Assembly: GCF_009914755.1 (NCBI RefSeq)
Contig: NC_060925.1
Source: the human T2T-CHM13v2.0 reference genome, Homo sapiens
Direction: 5' to 3' (one strand)
DNA length: 64,000 bases
Within the stretch, counting starts at the first letter, position 1; each line of letters starts with the position of its first letter. The position numbers and the translations under genes are program-made. Below the pieces are notes generated by a model that did no database searches, was not told where the DNA came from, and worked only from the letters and a program-made list of their open reading frames with translations. This document shows positions 15,141 to 27,325 of the stretch, piece by piece.

Positions 15141-15322
15141 GACCATTCCCTTATAGGATAAAGTAAACCTGCAGGAATTTCAAAACCCTTCATAATCTAG
15201 ACTTTCTCACCTTTTCTCTTGCCACTTCTCACTTGAACTTTGTCCTTGAGCAATACTGAGCTATTTGGCATTCATAGCACTTCACACTTAATGTGTTTAC
15301 ACGTGTTTTTTTCCCCCCATAG

Positions 15323-15680
<358 letters not shown>

Positions 15681-16578
15681 CGAAATCTAATGCTTTTTTA
15701 ACTGTCAGCTTTTCCTTTTTTCTTTTATTTTTACTGTAATTTGTATCATTATATTGTATTTTTTTTTTACACATGTTACACCTTGCTGGACTTAAGGTTT
15801 TTCAAGCCCAGTAACTAATCTGTTTTAGTATTTCTACTCTAGCATGGAACCAAGCACCTGGTAGTCACTTAAATGTTTACTTAAGGAATAGCCATCACTC
15901 TCCTATGACCAAAGCATATAACCTTGAGGCCAGGTTTATCCCAGCAAGAAATGTTATCTTTTATGCATTTTTTATGCCAAATAACATATGTTTCAGCAGT
16001 TTGATATTTTCACTTTCTATTTTTGCCCCCAAAGAGGTAAAAAGCCTTATTTAAGAGGCCTTCAGTATAATCCACATTTGGCTGTTTTGACTAAAGAATA
16101 ACTGAGTAAATTTAGGATTTTCCCCAGCGCCTTCTTGAAAATGACTACTTGGATCATGTACTCTTTTAAAGTTTATTAATATGGGGAAATTAATACTCTG
16201 CAGAAGCAAATGGCCTCGTGGTATGTGGCATGTGGTGAAGCCTGACCTTAAAGGAAATACTGTGCAGACACAGACTTTAGTTATCACTTATGAGTTCAGG
16301 TACTTAGCTATATGTAGAGAAAATATTTAATTTCAAGTTCAACTGACATATTTCAAGGAGCTAATCCATTTTATGACAAAGCAAGGGAAATTGAAATATG
16401 CACCTTGCAGGCTGAAGTTAATACATCTGATTTTAGTTTAACGGGATGTTTCCTATTTTTAGTAAGACCAGAAAAGTTTTATATGAAATTCCATTTCAAA
16501 TTCTGGGCCTGCCACTTATATCAATTAAGTTGGCACTCTCCCTTTGATTGAAATATGCTTCTCATCTTCCTATCCATA

Positions 16579-16597
16579 TTGCCACCAGGGGGCATAA
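16579..16597 (+). promoter_or_regulatory. Candidate CTCF binding site
   Basis: TTGCCACCAGGGGGCATAA matches the CTCF core consensus CCACCAGGGGGC in non-repeat sequence. Confidence 0.6.
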
Positions 16598-16846
16598 CAT
16601 AACTTGCATAACCAATGCTAAAATAGCTGTGGATTTTAAGGTTTGAAACTTAAAAGCTGAAAATTTTTAAATAATAGTAACAACTCAAAAAAAAGAAAAG
16701 TGTCAGAATTTAGAGATAATCTGTTTAAAGTTGAAATAGGTTCTAAATAATATCATAAGATTATTTCAAAATTTTGCTAAAAGGATGACTCATCTCAAGT
16801 CTCCAATTCTGACCTTATGTACATTATCTTTTAAAAATTGTTTGTT

Positions 16847-17009
16847 GGCCAGGTGCGGTGGCTCACGCCTGTAATCCCAACACTTTGGGAAGCCGAGGCG
16901 GGTGGATCACGAGGTCAGGAGATCGAGACCATCCTGACTAACATGGTGAAATCCCACCTCTACTAAAAATACAAAAAATTAGCAGGGCATGGTGGCACGC
17001 ACCTGTAGT
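16847..17009 (+). mobile_element. 3'-truncated Alu (S/Y type)
   Basis: Left arm, linker and ~25 nt of right arm, ending abruptly at CCTGTAGT. Confidence 0.85.
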
Positions 17010-17125
17010 ATACATGTATATGTATACACATATATATATATATATACACACACACATATATATACATATATATACACATATATAAGTAATCTTTAAAAGA
17101 TGTATATATATATATATATATATAT
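17010..17125. repeat. Compound (TA)n/(CA)n microsatellite
   Basis: Read directly from the sequence. Confidence 0.9.
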
Positions 17126-17479
17126 TGTCTAAATCATCCTCTTAGTAATTGGTTCAGGATTTTTAGTTCAGATTCCATGCAACTCTTAAAATTGAATTTT
17201 TCTGAGACAAGAATTTGAGATTTCATAAAACAAGCAAGTCTTTTAGGAAATGAACCTAGAATATCACCTAGGATTCTCAGTGTAACATTCTTTTCTTCTG
17301 GTAATCTTATAAAGTAAGTTCCTACCACCACCAACCTCTAATTCATTCTTACTGCCATGACATAGAACTTTCTAAAATACAAACTTGATCGTCTCTCCCC
17401 ACTGCTCTACAAATCTTTGATGCTAACCCATAATACTTTAAAGGGCAATATTTTGATGGAGACCATATAGTGTGGTATG

Positions 17480-17640
17480 GCAGTTCTCAAAGTGTGTAAA
17501 ATTTTCCTGGGAAACTTGTTAAATATGCCACACACCCCAGAGATTTGATTTGGTGGGTTTCTGGGGTTCTACACATGAAACAAGCATACTAAATGATTCC
17601 AATGACAATAATCCTAGGCGATTATTTTAAGAACTGCTGT
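17480..17640. mobile_element. MER5-like hAT MITE
   Basis: GCAGTTCTCAAAGTG...CTTGTTAAATATGC...CCCCAGAGATTTGATT...TTTAAGAACTGCTG. Confidence 0.5.
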
Positions 17641-17711
17641 GTGACTAGGAACATACACTAGAATAAGTCCTCACACTACTTCTAGTATAACAAATACAGG
17701 AATAACAAATA

Positions 17712-18181
17712 CAGTTGAGGGCTGAACAATGTGAGAGATAAGGGCACCAACCCTCCTTACAGTGGAAAATCCATGTGTAACACTTGACTCTCCCGAAAAT
17801 TACTAAAAGCCTACTATTGACTGACCAATAACCTAAACAGTCAATTAACACATATTTTGTATATTTATCATATAGTATATTCTTACAATAAAACTAGAGA
17901 ACTGAAAATGTTAAAAAATCTTAAGGAAGATAAAATACATTTATTATTTATTAAGTGGAATTGGATCATCACAAAGGTCTTCATCCTCATCTTCATGTTG
18001 AGCAGGCTGAGGAAGAGGAGGAAGAGGAGGAGTTGGTATGGCTGTCTCAGGGGAGGCAGAGGCAGAAGAGGTGGATGGGGTGAAAAGGGAGGCAGGCAAT
18101 CTTGGTGTAACTTTTATTGAAAGAGATCCATGTATAAATGGTCCTGTGAAGTTTGGCCCCATGTTGTTCAATGGTCAAGTG
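17712..18181 (-). mobile_element. Tigger2a DNA transposon
   Basis: TIRs CAGTTGA...GAACAA / TTGTTCAATGGTCAAGTG; the reverse complement aligns with the copy at 26885-27325. Confidence 0.82.
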
Positions 18182-18639
18182 TGTATCTCAAGCATGAAAA
18201 CACTGAGTGAATTCTGGAGAACAATTAGCAAAGTGCCTGCCACACATCAAACACTCAAATGGTAGCTGATGCTGTTAAAGACAGATATATCTGTTAGACT
18301 GCTCTGGGGCCAATTTGATATGTTTTATATCTTCTGCACTACTTCTGTCATAATTCTTTATACCTACTTAGCAGTGAAGAAATATTTGCTGAATTAAAGA
18401 ATATATCTGCATATCCAAAATGGGCACAAGACCCTAAAGCAAGGAGTTTTCAGGAAAAGAAGTCAGCCTTGTATTTTTAGTGCAAAGAACAAGGATCATG
18501 ACAGTTTTATCCTACCAGGGGAAAAAAGAATCAGGTATGCTCATTTTTAAAAGTTGCAAATTTCGCTTGGCTCCACTGGGTGTCACTGCTAACTCGTCTT
18601 TCCTGTTTGAGCATAGGTGTAAGGATTGCAGGACATTAG

Positions 18640-18818
18640 AAGAGGGATTTTCAAACCTCAGTATTTATCAGAATCACCTGGAGGACTAAAATGGATTATT
18701 GCCCCAGAGATTCTGATTCTGTAGGTCTAGGGTGGGGCTCTATAATTTGCATTTCAATCAAGTTCCCAGGTGAAGCTGATGCTGTTGGTTCAGGGATCAA
18801 CATTTAGAGAAGCACTGC
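18640..18818. mobile_element. MER5A hAT MITE
   Basis: ATCAGAATCACCTGGAGG...CCCCAGAGATTCTGATTCTGTAGGTCTAGGGTGGGG...AAGTTCCCAGGTGA. Confidence 0.75.
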
Positions 18819-18869
18819 ATTAGAGAAATCTAACCATAACTGGGGTCAGGTTCTTCACAGGTCTTCTAT

Positions 18870-19032
18870 AGCAAAGCTTCTTGCATTTTGACATGCTTAC
18901 AAGTCACCTGGAAATCCTGTTAAAATAAAGAGTCTGATTCAGTAAGTTGGGGTGGAGCCTGCGATCCTGCATTTCTAAAAATCTCATAGGTGGCGCTGAG
19001 GCTGCTGGACCACAAACCACACTTTGAATAGC
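18870..19032. mobile_element. MER5B-like hAT MITE
   Basis: TCACCTGGAAATCCTGTTAAAAT...CTGATTCAGTAAG...TGCATTTCTAA...ACCACACTTTGAATAGC. Confidence 0.7.
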
Positions 19033-19189
19033 CTTCCTGCTTCTCGTCATTGATTCTACCTTCACATCACCAAGTTCTCTACCCTTCAAGACTGAGGTGA
19101 TGAGAGATATAAAATGCTTGGCACAGCACCCAGTGCATGGTCAAGCACATTATATGTGTTAGCAATTATTATGTGGAGGTATTTAGTAC

Positions 19190-19400
19190 AATTGTTCAGA
19201 ATGTGGAGTTTTGAGAGACAGACATTTGAATTCCATGTTTGCAACTTACCAGCTTTGTAAACTGGGGCATGAAACAGAATGGCATTGAGGCTTAGGCTCC
19301 TTATTTTCAAATTGAGGAGTTTAGTAGTCTTTACTTCACAAGACTGTTGTAAGGATTAAATCAGATAATAAATGTGAACTACTTGGCACGCTTTGGAAAT
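19190..19400 (+). mobile_element. MIR SINE
   Basis: TTTGAATTCC...CTTACCAGCT...GTTGTAAGGATTAAATCAGATAAT...CTTGGCAC core. Confidence 0.6.
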
Positions 19401-20285
19401 GGCTATTATTGCTAGTAAAACAGAAGATATAAAGTGACAAAAATGGCTGCAACAGGTGTTATGTGAGCTTTTACTGTTTGAAAGAGATAGACTCTACCCA
19501 GAAGAAAAAAATCACATGGCACCCATTAGAATACTAATGTTCGTTTATTGCTAACAGTTGTATCACCCGTCAAAGGAGAAAGGACTCAGAAAGTACTGAG
19601 AAATTTACAGCCATCATTTAAAACTAGATTTGTAGAAAAAAAAGAGTTACAGAAACAATATCTTTTCAAAAGTTTTTAGAAAGAAATTGCATTTTACCAG
19701 GGAGGGCAAATGTATTCTTATATAATCAGGACAACTTTATATCTGAGATTATAATTCATTTTGTACCTACAGAACTTAGCATATAATAGAATCAAAATAA
19801 TATGTGCTGAACAAATGCATGAAGAAACCCTACCATATTCAAAGAAATAATAGGCTGTCTTTCATTAGTTTATCCCTTTAACTTACTCTGTTTTTCTTAG
19901 ATGAGTTCCTTTTGTCCTCTTACTATCCCAGTTTTAGCACTAAACAACCCACATTTAAGGAAACCCCTCAGTTCAGGGCAAACCAGGATGGTTGATCTCT
20001 CTGGACATGTGCTCTACATGAAGCTCCTATTTGGCCCAACCCTCCTCTTATACCCATGGTTAGGCTTCTTTTACTTTCACGGTATTTACGGCTGGTCTTC
20101 TTCCCTCAATAACTCAATAGATATTTACTAAGAGTGCACTACACACAGGCCCAATCCGAGTGGGTTGGAAGAAGTCAAGGTGAAGAAGAAACTCCTGCTC
20201 TCAAGAAGTATCCATGGACAATGTCAACTCTTAATGACTCTCTCTTCAACCAGGTGTTATTAGTCTTTCTTTTGGCCAAAATCCC

Positions 20286-20649
20286 TGTATCTATTGCTAT
20301 GTAACAAATTACTCCAACTCTTAGCAACTTAAAACAAAAAGTGTTTATTATCTCACACAATTTCTGAGGGTCAATGAATATAGGAGTAGCTCGGCTGGCT
20401 GGTCCTGGCTTAGGGACTTTCTTGAGGTTGCAGTTAATCTGGCCTCCAGGGCTGCAGTCATCTGAAGTGTTGATTAGGGATAGAAGATCTGCTTCCAAGA
20501 TGGCTCAATCCAATGACTTTTGGCAAGGGCCTCAGTTCCTGCTGCCTCTTATCAGGAGCCTCATTTCCTTACCACACAGGCTTCATACAGCTGTTCGATA
20601 TGGTAGCTGGCTTCCCCAATCATCAGCTAAAGCAAATGATTGCAGATAG

Positions 20650-20681
<32 letters not shown>

Positions 20682-20884
20682 AAATGAGAGAGTGCAACCA
20701 AGATGGAAGCCACAATGTCTTTTATAACCTTATCTTGGAAATGACATACCATCACTTCTTCCATGTTCTACTCTTCACATAGACCAACTATGGTACAATG
20801 TGTATGTTTTGGGGAACTTCATAAAAGCATATATACCAAGAGGCAGTGCTCTTTGGCAGCCATCTTGTGGAGTTGGCTACCACA
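20286..20884 (-). mobile_element. MLT1F-like MaLR solo LTR containing (GA)n at ~20647-20680
   Basis: TATTGCTATGTAACAAATTACTCC...GGGCTGCAGTCATCTGAAG...GCTTCCAAGATGGCTC...GGCTACCACA. Confidence 0.75.
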
Positions 20885-22299
20885 CTCCCCAATCCCTGTA
20901 CTAGAGACTGGGACTTCTATACCCTTACCACCAGCATGTAGACAACGTTTTAAGGTAATATAAAATTAGGGAATTATTCCTTTGATTGGTCTGCTCACAC
21001 TGCTGAATATATGTTCTCAACACACGAGTGCATCTCTTACAACATACCTTTTTCTTGACTGGAACGTTATACTTGCCTAATGTGATCACAGCACGACTTA
21101 GTAGATGAGGCACTCATTATCTCCTGTGAAACAGATGGGAAACTTTGGCTCAAAGAGGTTCTTAGTGGCAACCAGTTGATTCACTTGCCCAGAAACCTAA
21201 AACGGCTGCCAATGTCGTCATTAGTTCAAGTCTGAACTACTTAGTTGGCATTCAAGTCCTCTTTAAACTGGGCCTATATTTTTTTCATCAGATGTTTCCT
21301 CATTGACTTCAACATACATTAGAACAATATCATGAGTTGCTTGCTTCCAAATAGGATCTGACCTTCTTCCAACTTTTAATAAAAGAAATCAGACATTTAT
21401 TAGCCACATTTCCAGAATTCAGGGACCCATATTCTAAACTCTACAAGCCAGGTGCAATTCCCAAGATTTAATCTGAAAATTTTGGGAAGCCCAGTTTAGC
21501 TCTTTTACTCAGACTCCTATGTAAGAAAGACAAATATGAATCTTTCTCACTCTCATTTCTATTGTAGCAGTCTGAGATTTACCACCAGCTTCCTTGCACT
21601 ATGTATGTCTTTGTTCATTGCAATTTTTCTTTGAGGGCTCAAGACCAGCCTATTTTACACTAGTTCCAATGATTTGACAGGTATAAACTATGTCCAAAAG
21701 AGTTAACTTTCCTCCCAAAAGTGACTGCAGAATAAGCTAGGCCTTCCAAGTCAGCCCTGCTTCCATCAACCCGAGGAGGCATGTTGCCTGAAAGTCTTCA
21801 TAATAGGTGATTGGCAAGTAAGGTTAGGTATCATTGCTGCAGTGAAAGAGGGTTAGGAATTAAGGTCCAGACCTTTAACTGCCCATTGTGAAGTTTTCCC
21901 TAACTCTTCTAGCTAAAATTATTCCTCATTTTCTATTTTCCCTGAGGTCCCCATCCTTTTTTTTTTTTTTTTCCTGGTTAACAGGAAATTTCTAAGAAAT
22001 GATAGACATCTGACACACGGTCTCAATCCAGAAATTCAGATACAACAGAAGTGAAGTCTACACATTAATTGATACTCTACCAAGCCACAGTAACCAGCAC
22101 TATTTTCAATGGAATAAAAGCTCTATTATGTACTTCATCTGTCATTAGCTAGTCAAATATTCCTATTCTGGAAGTAAATCTTCAGAATGTCAAAGGGACT
22201 GTTTAGTTTTGAATTTAAAAAAAATTGATTGAAACATTTAATAATCAAAATCTTTACATAATGATTGGATTTGAAAACATTTCTGTTTTCTTTTAAGAT

Positions 22300-23350
22300 A
22301 GGTATATTTCAGAATTATACAAGACTACCACATTGTGAATAATAATTAACATCTGCGTGCTATTACCTCACTTAAAGAAGTAAACATTAGCAATGCAATC
22401 GAAGCCCTTTCTACAGCCCTCCACAATTACAAGCCCCTTCACTGCTCTCAGGTAACCAGTATCCTGAAATATAAATTCATTATTCCCATGAATTTTTTTA
22501 GAATTTTACTGACTCTATGAAGTAACTCTACCCATATATAGCATCGTTTGCATGTTTTAAACTTTGAATGGTTTGCTTTGTATATTCTCCAACTTGCTGT
22601 TTTTGCTCAACAGGAGCGAGTTAAGAATGAGGACTTTGTTTTGTTCACTGCTATATCCAGAGAACCTAGAAAAGTGCCTGACATATAGGAGGAACTCAAA
22701 TATTTCTTGAATAAATAAGCATTATATTTGTGACCAATTTTCCTACTTATATATGCAGCTCCTCCTGTCTCATTTTTACTTCTGAATGGTATTTCAGTGC
22801 ATGGCTATGCTACATACTCCTCTTGAAAGATGTTTAGGTTGATTTTATCTTTCTTTTTTTTCTTGCTATTATAAACATGCTGTGCACTATGAAAATTTGT
22901 TTAAAATTTTTTTTTGTACATACATGGTAAAGTTTCTCTGAGATATATGCCGAAGAGTAGAATTATGGGGTCTCCAAAGTGGTTTGCCAAATTTTACATT
23001 AGCAGCACCAGCAGCATTTGTGTGTACCAGTTACTTCCTATCTTTGTCATCACTGGGATAATGAGACTTCTTAATGTTTGCCAATGTGATGGATGTGAAA
23101 TTATATTGCTCTGCAGGTTTCCTTTTTGTTTGTCTGTTTACTAGTGAGGATAAACATCTTTTTATATGTTTATTGGCCATTTACATTTCTTCATTGGTGA
23201 ATTACCTGTTTATTTATTTATTTATTTGGCCATTTTTCTACTGGGTTACTTATTTCTTTCCTTACTGCTTTCAAGGATATATATATTTTAATTCTGGATA
23301 CTATCCTTTGTCAGTTGCATGCTTTGCAAATGTCTTCTATTTGTGGTTTG
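22300..23350 (-). mobile_element. Degraded old L1M fragments (with a short L2 piece near 22630-22720)
   Basis: T-rich, e.g. ATCTTTTTATATGTTTATTGGCCATTT and TTATTCTGGATACTATCCTTTGTCAG. Confidence 0.6.
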
Positions 23351-23560
23351 TCTTTTTTCTTTCTTCTCCCACAGCACTTAAAAAAAAACTTTCATCATAG
23401 TACTTATTCCACTGAATATTAACTTTTTAATGCACTAAAACCATTACATCATTAAAAAGTTTAGTCTTCTAGACTGTGAGGTTCTGGAAGGCAAACTATG
23501 TGTTATTCATGATTGAGGGCCTAGCACCATGCCTTGTACATATTGGGGCCCACTTAATGC

Positions 23561-23858
23561 TTTTTTATTTTATTTTTCTTTTTTGAGACAAGGTCTTGCT
23601 CTGTCACTCAGGCTGGAGTGCAATGGACAATCACAGCTCACTTCAGCCTGGACCTCTTGGGCTCGAGCAATCCTGCCGCAGCCTCCTGAGCAGCTGGGAC
23701 TATAGGCAGGTGCAACCACATCCACCTATTTTTTTTTCTTTGTAGAGACAGTGTCTCACTATGTTGCCCAGGCTGGTCTTGAATTCTTGCACTCAAGTGA
23801 TCCTCTTGCCTCAGCCTCTCAAAGTGCTGGGATTACAGGCGTGAGCCGCTGTGCCTTG
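23561..23858 (-). mobile_element. AluJ
   Basis: Reverse Alu dimer with J-type CACAGCTCAC and GCTCGAGCAATCC. Confidence 0.88.
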
Positions 23859-23931
23859 CTGATTTTGATTTTTGAAATAGATAGGGTTTTTTTCCTCAGA
23901 CAAAGCAAAAAGCAGTTGCTAGGGGCTAGGG

Positions 23932-24155
23932 CAGGGGTTTGCAAAGCACAGCCCATGTGTCAAAACAGCCCACTACCTACTTTGTAAATAAAGTTTTATT
24001 GAAACGCAGCTATCATCATTTGCTTACATTTTGTCTGTGGCTGCTATCCTGCTATAACAGCAGAGTTCAGTAGCTATAACAGAAACCATATGGACCACAA
24101 ATCCAAATATATTTGCTATCTGGCCCTTTACAAAGGAAGGTTGCCATTTCTGGAC
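23932..24155. mobile_element. MER58A hAT MITE
   Basis: CAGGGGTTTGCAAA...TTTGTAAATAAAGTTTTATTGAAAC...TATCTGGCCCTTTACA. Confidence 0.78.
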
Positions 24156-24499
24156 TAGTAAGTAAAGGTGAATGCACACAGAAGCGTGCTACTATTTTCA
24201 ATTTTGAAAAGAAAAGTATACCTGATCTCTTAACATTGTCTTAACATCTACCAGCCTGCTTATTGTGCAGCTCCTTACCTCATCCTATCTTAAAAAGAAT
24301 GAGTAACAACATATATAGAATATTTGAAAATAACCTAAATTAATTTAGGCCCTAAATAATGCTGTCAGTCCCCAAATAATGTCATCATTCTATCTTGAAT
24401 TCACGAATACAGAAATGAATCTTATTTCATAAGAATGTCTACCAAAAACTGACTCCTGGATCATCAATTATTTAAGGACAGAAGGAGTGTGTTTGAATT

Positions 24500-26400
24500 T
24501 TTTTGTAACCCCGACTCCCACCCAACCTTATTCAGTGTTCTGCTCACTGAGGTCACTCTATAAATGTTGCTTTGTGACTGCTGATATTGTAATGCATTAT
24601 TTACCTGCTTGCATTTTGTAAAAAATAATTGGGACAGACAGAGAGGGACTAGGACACGGGTAGAGAGGCATAGAGAAGGCAGAGACAGAGGGAAGCAATG
24701 AGGAAAGATGACCCTAAAAGCATTTGCTAATTTACAACTTCTGGAGCTGCTGAAACTGCTTTCAAATTTTGCAGCCTTTGACATTTTTGCAATTTTTCCA
24801 TGTTCCTGCTGCTGTTCCAGTACCACAGATAAGAAACCCTCAACTCTTGCTCTGTTCTGGAATAATGAGATTGGAAAAAAAAGATCTTTTTCATCTTTTC
24901 AACATTAAAAAGAAAAAAAACTAGTCAAAGCCCAGCAGTTCAACAAATATTACTCATGTCATTGGCAAGAAGAAAAGGAGACTTTTGAATTAAAAAAAAA
25001 AAAGGAAAAGACGAACACAGGAGGCATTGTTTGCATATCAGAAAAATTAATCTACATAGGAAAGTGTAAGAGCCTGCAATTCAGAAAGCAAAGAATTAGG
25101 ACAGCCCAGCTGAGAATAATTTTCTAGCCAGTTAATTTAATTGCATAAATCATTCCTTTGTTAGCAATAAAGAGATATAATTAAAATGAGATTGCCTCTA
25201 GTTTCTATTCTCTAGAAACTAAAGGAATTGATTTTGGGCAAAGCATTCTTCCAAATACCAGATCGGCAAATTACATTTACCTTTTTAGAAAAGCTAAATT
25301 ATTTTGCCGTAATATCATGGTGGGTTTAATTAATTATAGATCTGCCATACGATCTTAAAGAAATAATTTATTTAATGTCCTTAGAACAGAAGTTTGCAAT
25401 CATGTGTGTATCCCTTTGGTAGATGGTGTGCAGATTTTTACTAACAGGTCAGAAGTTTAACAGGCAGCTGTCAGGAGAAATTTGAGGCAGTATAACGATT
25501 GTTTGGGGTTTTGGTTCGCTGTCCTTGTTTAAAATAAAAAACGCCACTACTTAGTATTGCATAATTTAACTGAACTCATTTAGATTGGCTTTATTCTAAA
25601 ATTACTACTGGTAATTATTTGCTGTCTTTGAACCTTTGGGATTTAAAGAGCCTATAATTGTCTATTAAATAGAGGGAAATCAGATCAAAGAGGGATGCAA
25701 AAAGTCTCCTACTATAAAGCACAGGTCTGCTGATCAGTCAATTGAATGTCAGAGAGAATTGCAAGCTGTGACAGAGAAGTGGCTCATTTTTATGGTAATG
25801 AATTTGAATTTTTAAAAATGTACTAAACTACACTTGCTTGCTCTAGAATTTTGAAGTTCATTGGCATTACTTGGCAACAGAGATTTATACGGTGGTGGGA
25901 GGGATCCCACCAGCCTTCAGAGAGCTTGAGCTCAGAGAAAACCGTGCCATGCACGATGACTGCAGTTCTCATACCGCATCTGAGCTCAGAGGGGCAGGTG
26001 ACGCTCTTCCCATTTCATGGATGTGATTCTAAAATGTCCAGATTCATTTTTGTACTAGACAAAATGTTTGGTGTGGCTGTTAGAGGTTTACATTTATTGA
26101 CTTTTGAGAATGAAAAGTACACTTTATCATTTCTCCGTATTCCTGAGGCTCATGAGAAGGCAGCCAAAAGAGAAAACTAGCTCAAAACTCAGAAGAAATT
26201 AGGTCTTTCTGGCATGATTGCTGCTGCTCAGTGAGGATCTCTTACTAAAGGAGCTAGACAATAAGGACAGACACTTCCTAATTCCAAAATTGCTCCACAG
26301 GACAGAACAGACGGGTCTGACCTTCCTCTCCTTAAAAATTCAGCAGAATATTCCAGTCTATGTTGGGCAATAGTTGCTCTGAACATCTTTTTGGTAGGTC
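24500..26400. promoter_or_regulatory. Repeat-free island with dense developmental TF motifs (candidate enhancer)
   Basis: CATAAATCA (reverse complement TGATTTATG) 25144-25152; CAGCTGTCA 25465-25473; AGATCAAAG 25682-25690; TGACAG 25769-25774; several TAATTA. Confidence 0.45.
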
Positions 26401-26884
26401 CTGCTATAGCAGGGTCTAGCCCTTCGAGCCCCAAATCTCTGTAGACTATTCACCTAATGCCATGACATTCACTCTTACATTCTCTCTCATGGCTCACTGT
26501 GTGAGCTCTTCAGCTGTCTGGCTGGTCCTTCATTAACCCTTTTGGTGTGTTCAGAGGTGGCATTATTGCCTTCCCTTTATTTAATCCTGTGTGACTTGAG
26601 TAGGCTATTAGTACAGCACAAATAACTGAAAATTTATGCCGAGGTTAATCAACAAATGTCCTGATTTATTTGGAAAGTCTGGACTGGAAAAGTCATGTGA
26701 AAGGCAGAGTTAGTTGTTAATATGTTGGCTTCAGCCAGAATGGTTAAAACTAAATAACATCGCATTGTTAGGATTAGAAACAACTCTTCACCCCAGAGAA
26801 ATTTCAAACTTATCACCTGGTTATGAATAACTTCTGCTAATTAATAATGCCAGCCTTAGGCAATTTGGGTCCTGCTTCTATATA

Positions 26885-27325
26885 CAGTTGGCACTTGAAC
26901 AACAGGGGTCTGACCTGCATATATCCACTTAGGTGAAGATTTTCTTCTGCCTCTGCCACCCCTGAGACAGCAAGATCAGGTCCTTCTCTTTATTCTCCTC
27001 CTCAGCCTACTCAGCATGAAGATGAGGATGAGAACCTTTATGATGATCCAATTCCACTTAATAAATAGTAAATATATTTTCTTTTCCTTATGATTTTCTT
27101 AAGAACATTTTCTTTTATCTAGCCTACTTCACTGTAAGAATACAGTATATAATGCCTATAACATATTAAATATGTGTCAACCTGCTATTTATGTTATGGG
27201 TAAGGCTTCTGGTCAACAGTACGCTTTTAGTAGTTAAGTCTTGAGGGAGTCAAAAGTTAGACACGGATTTTTGACTATGTGTGGTGTCAGCTGCCCTAAC
27301 CCTCATGTTGTCCAAAAGTCAACTG
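26885..27325 (+). mobile_element. Tigger2a DNA transposon
   Basis: TA|CAGTTGGCACTTGAACAAC ... TGTTGTCCAAAAGTCAACTG, internal CTCTGCCACCCCTGAGACAGCAAGA. Confidence 0.85.

Noticed and set aside
17857-18265. Overlapping acidic and basic ORFs
   Set aside because: They fall inside a non-autonomous Tigger2a, and no intact transposase is present.
18984-18998. CTCF-like CATAGGTGGCGCTG (similar partial matches near 11648 and 47012)
   Set aside because: They lack the 5' CCAC/CCAG core, and this one lies inside a MER5 element.
24464-24908. 120-aa and 66-aa ORFs in unique sequence
   Set aside because: No recognisable homology or exon structure; better explained as non-coding sequence.
25927-25991. TGAGCTCAGAG repeated twice around GATGA...CTGA, a possible C/D snoRNA or hairpin RNA
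   Set aside because: No proper RUGAUGA C box, too short, and no host intron.
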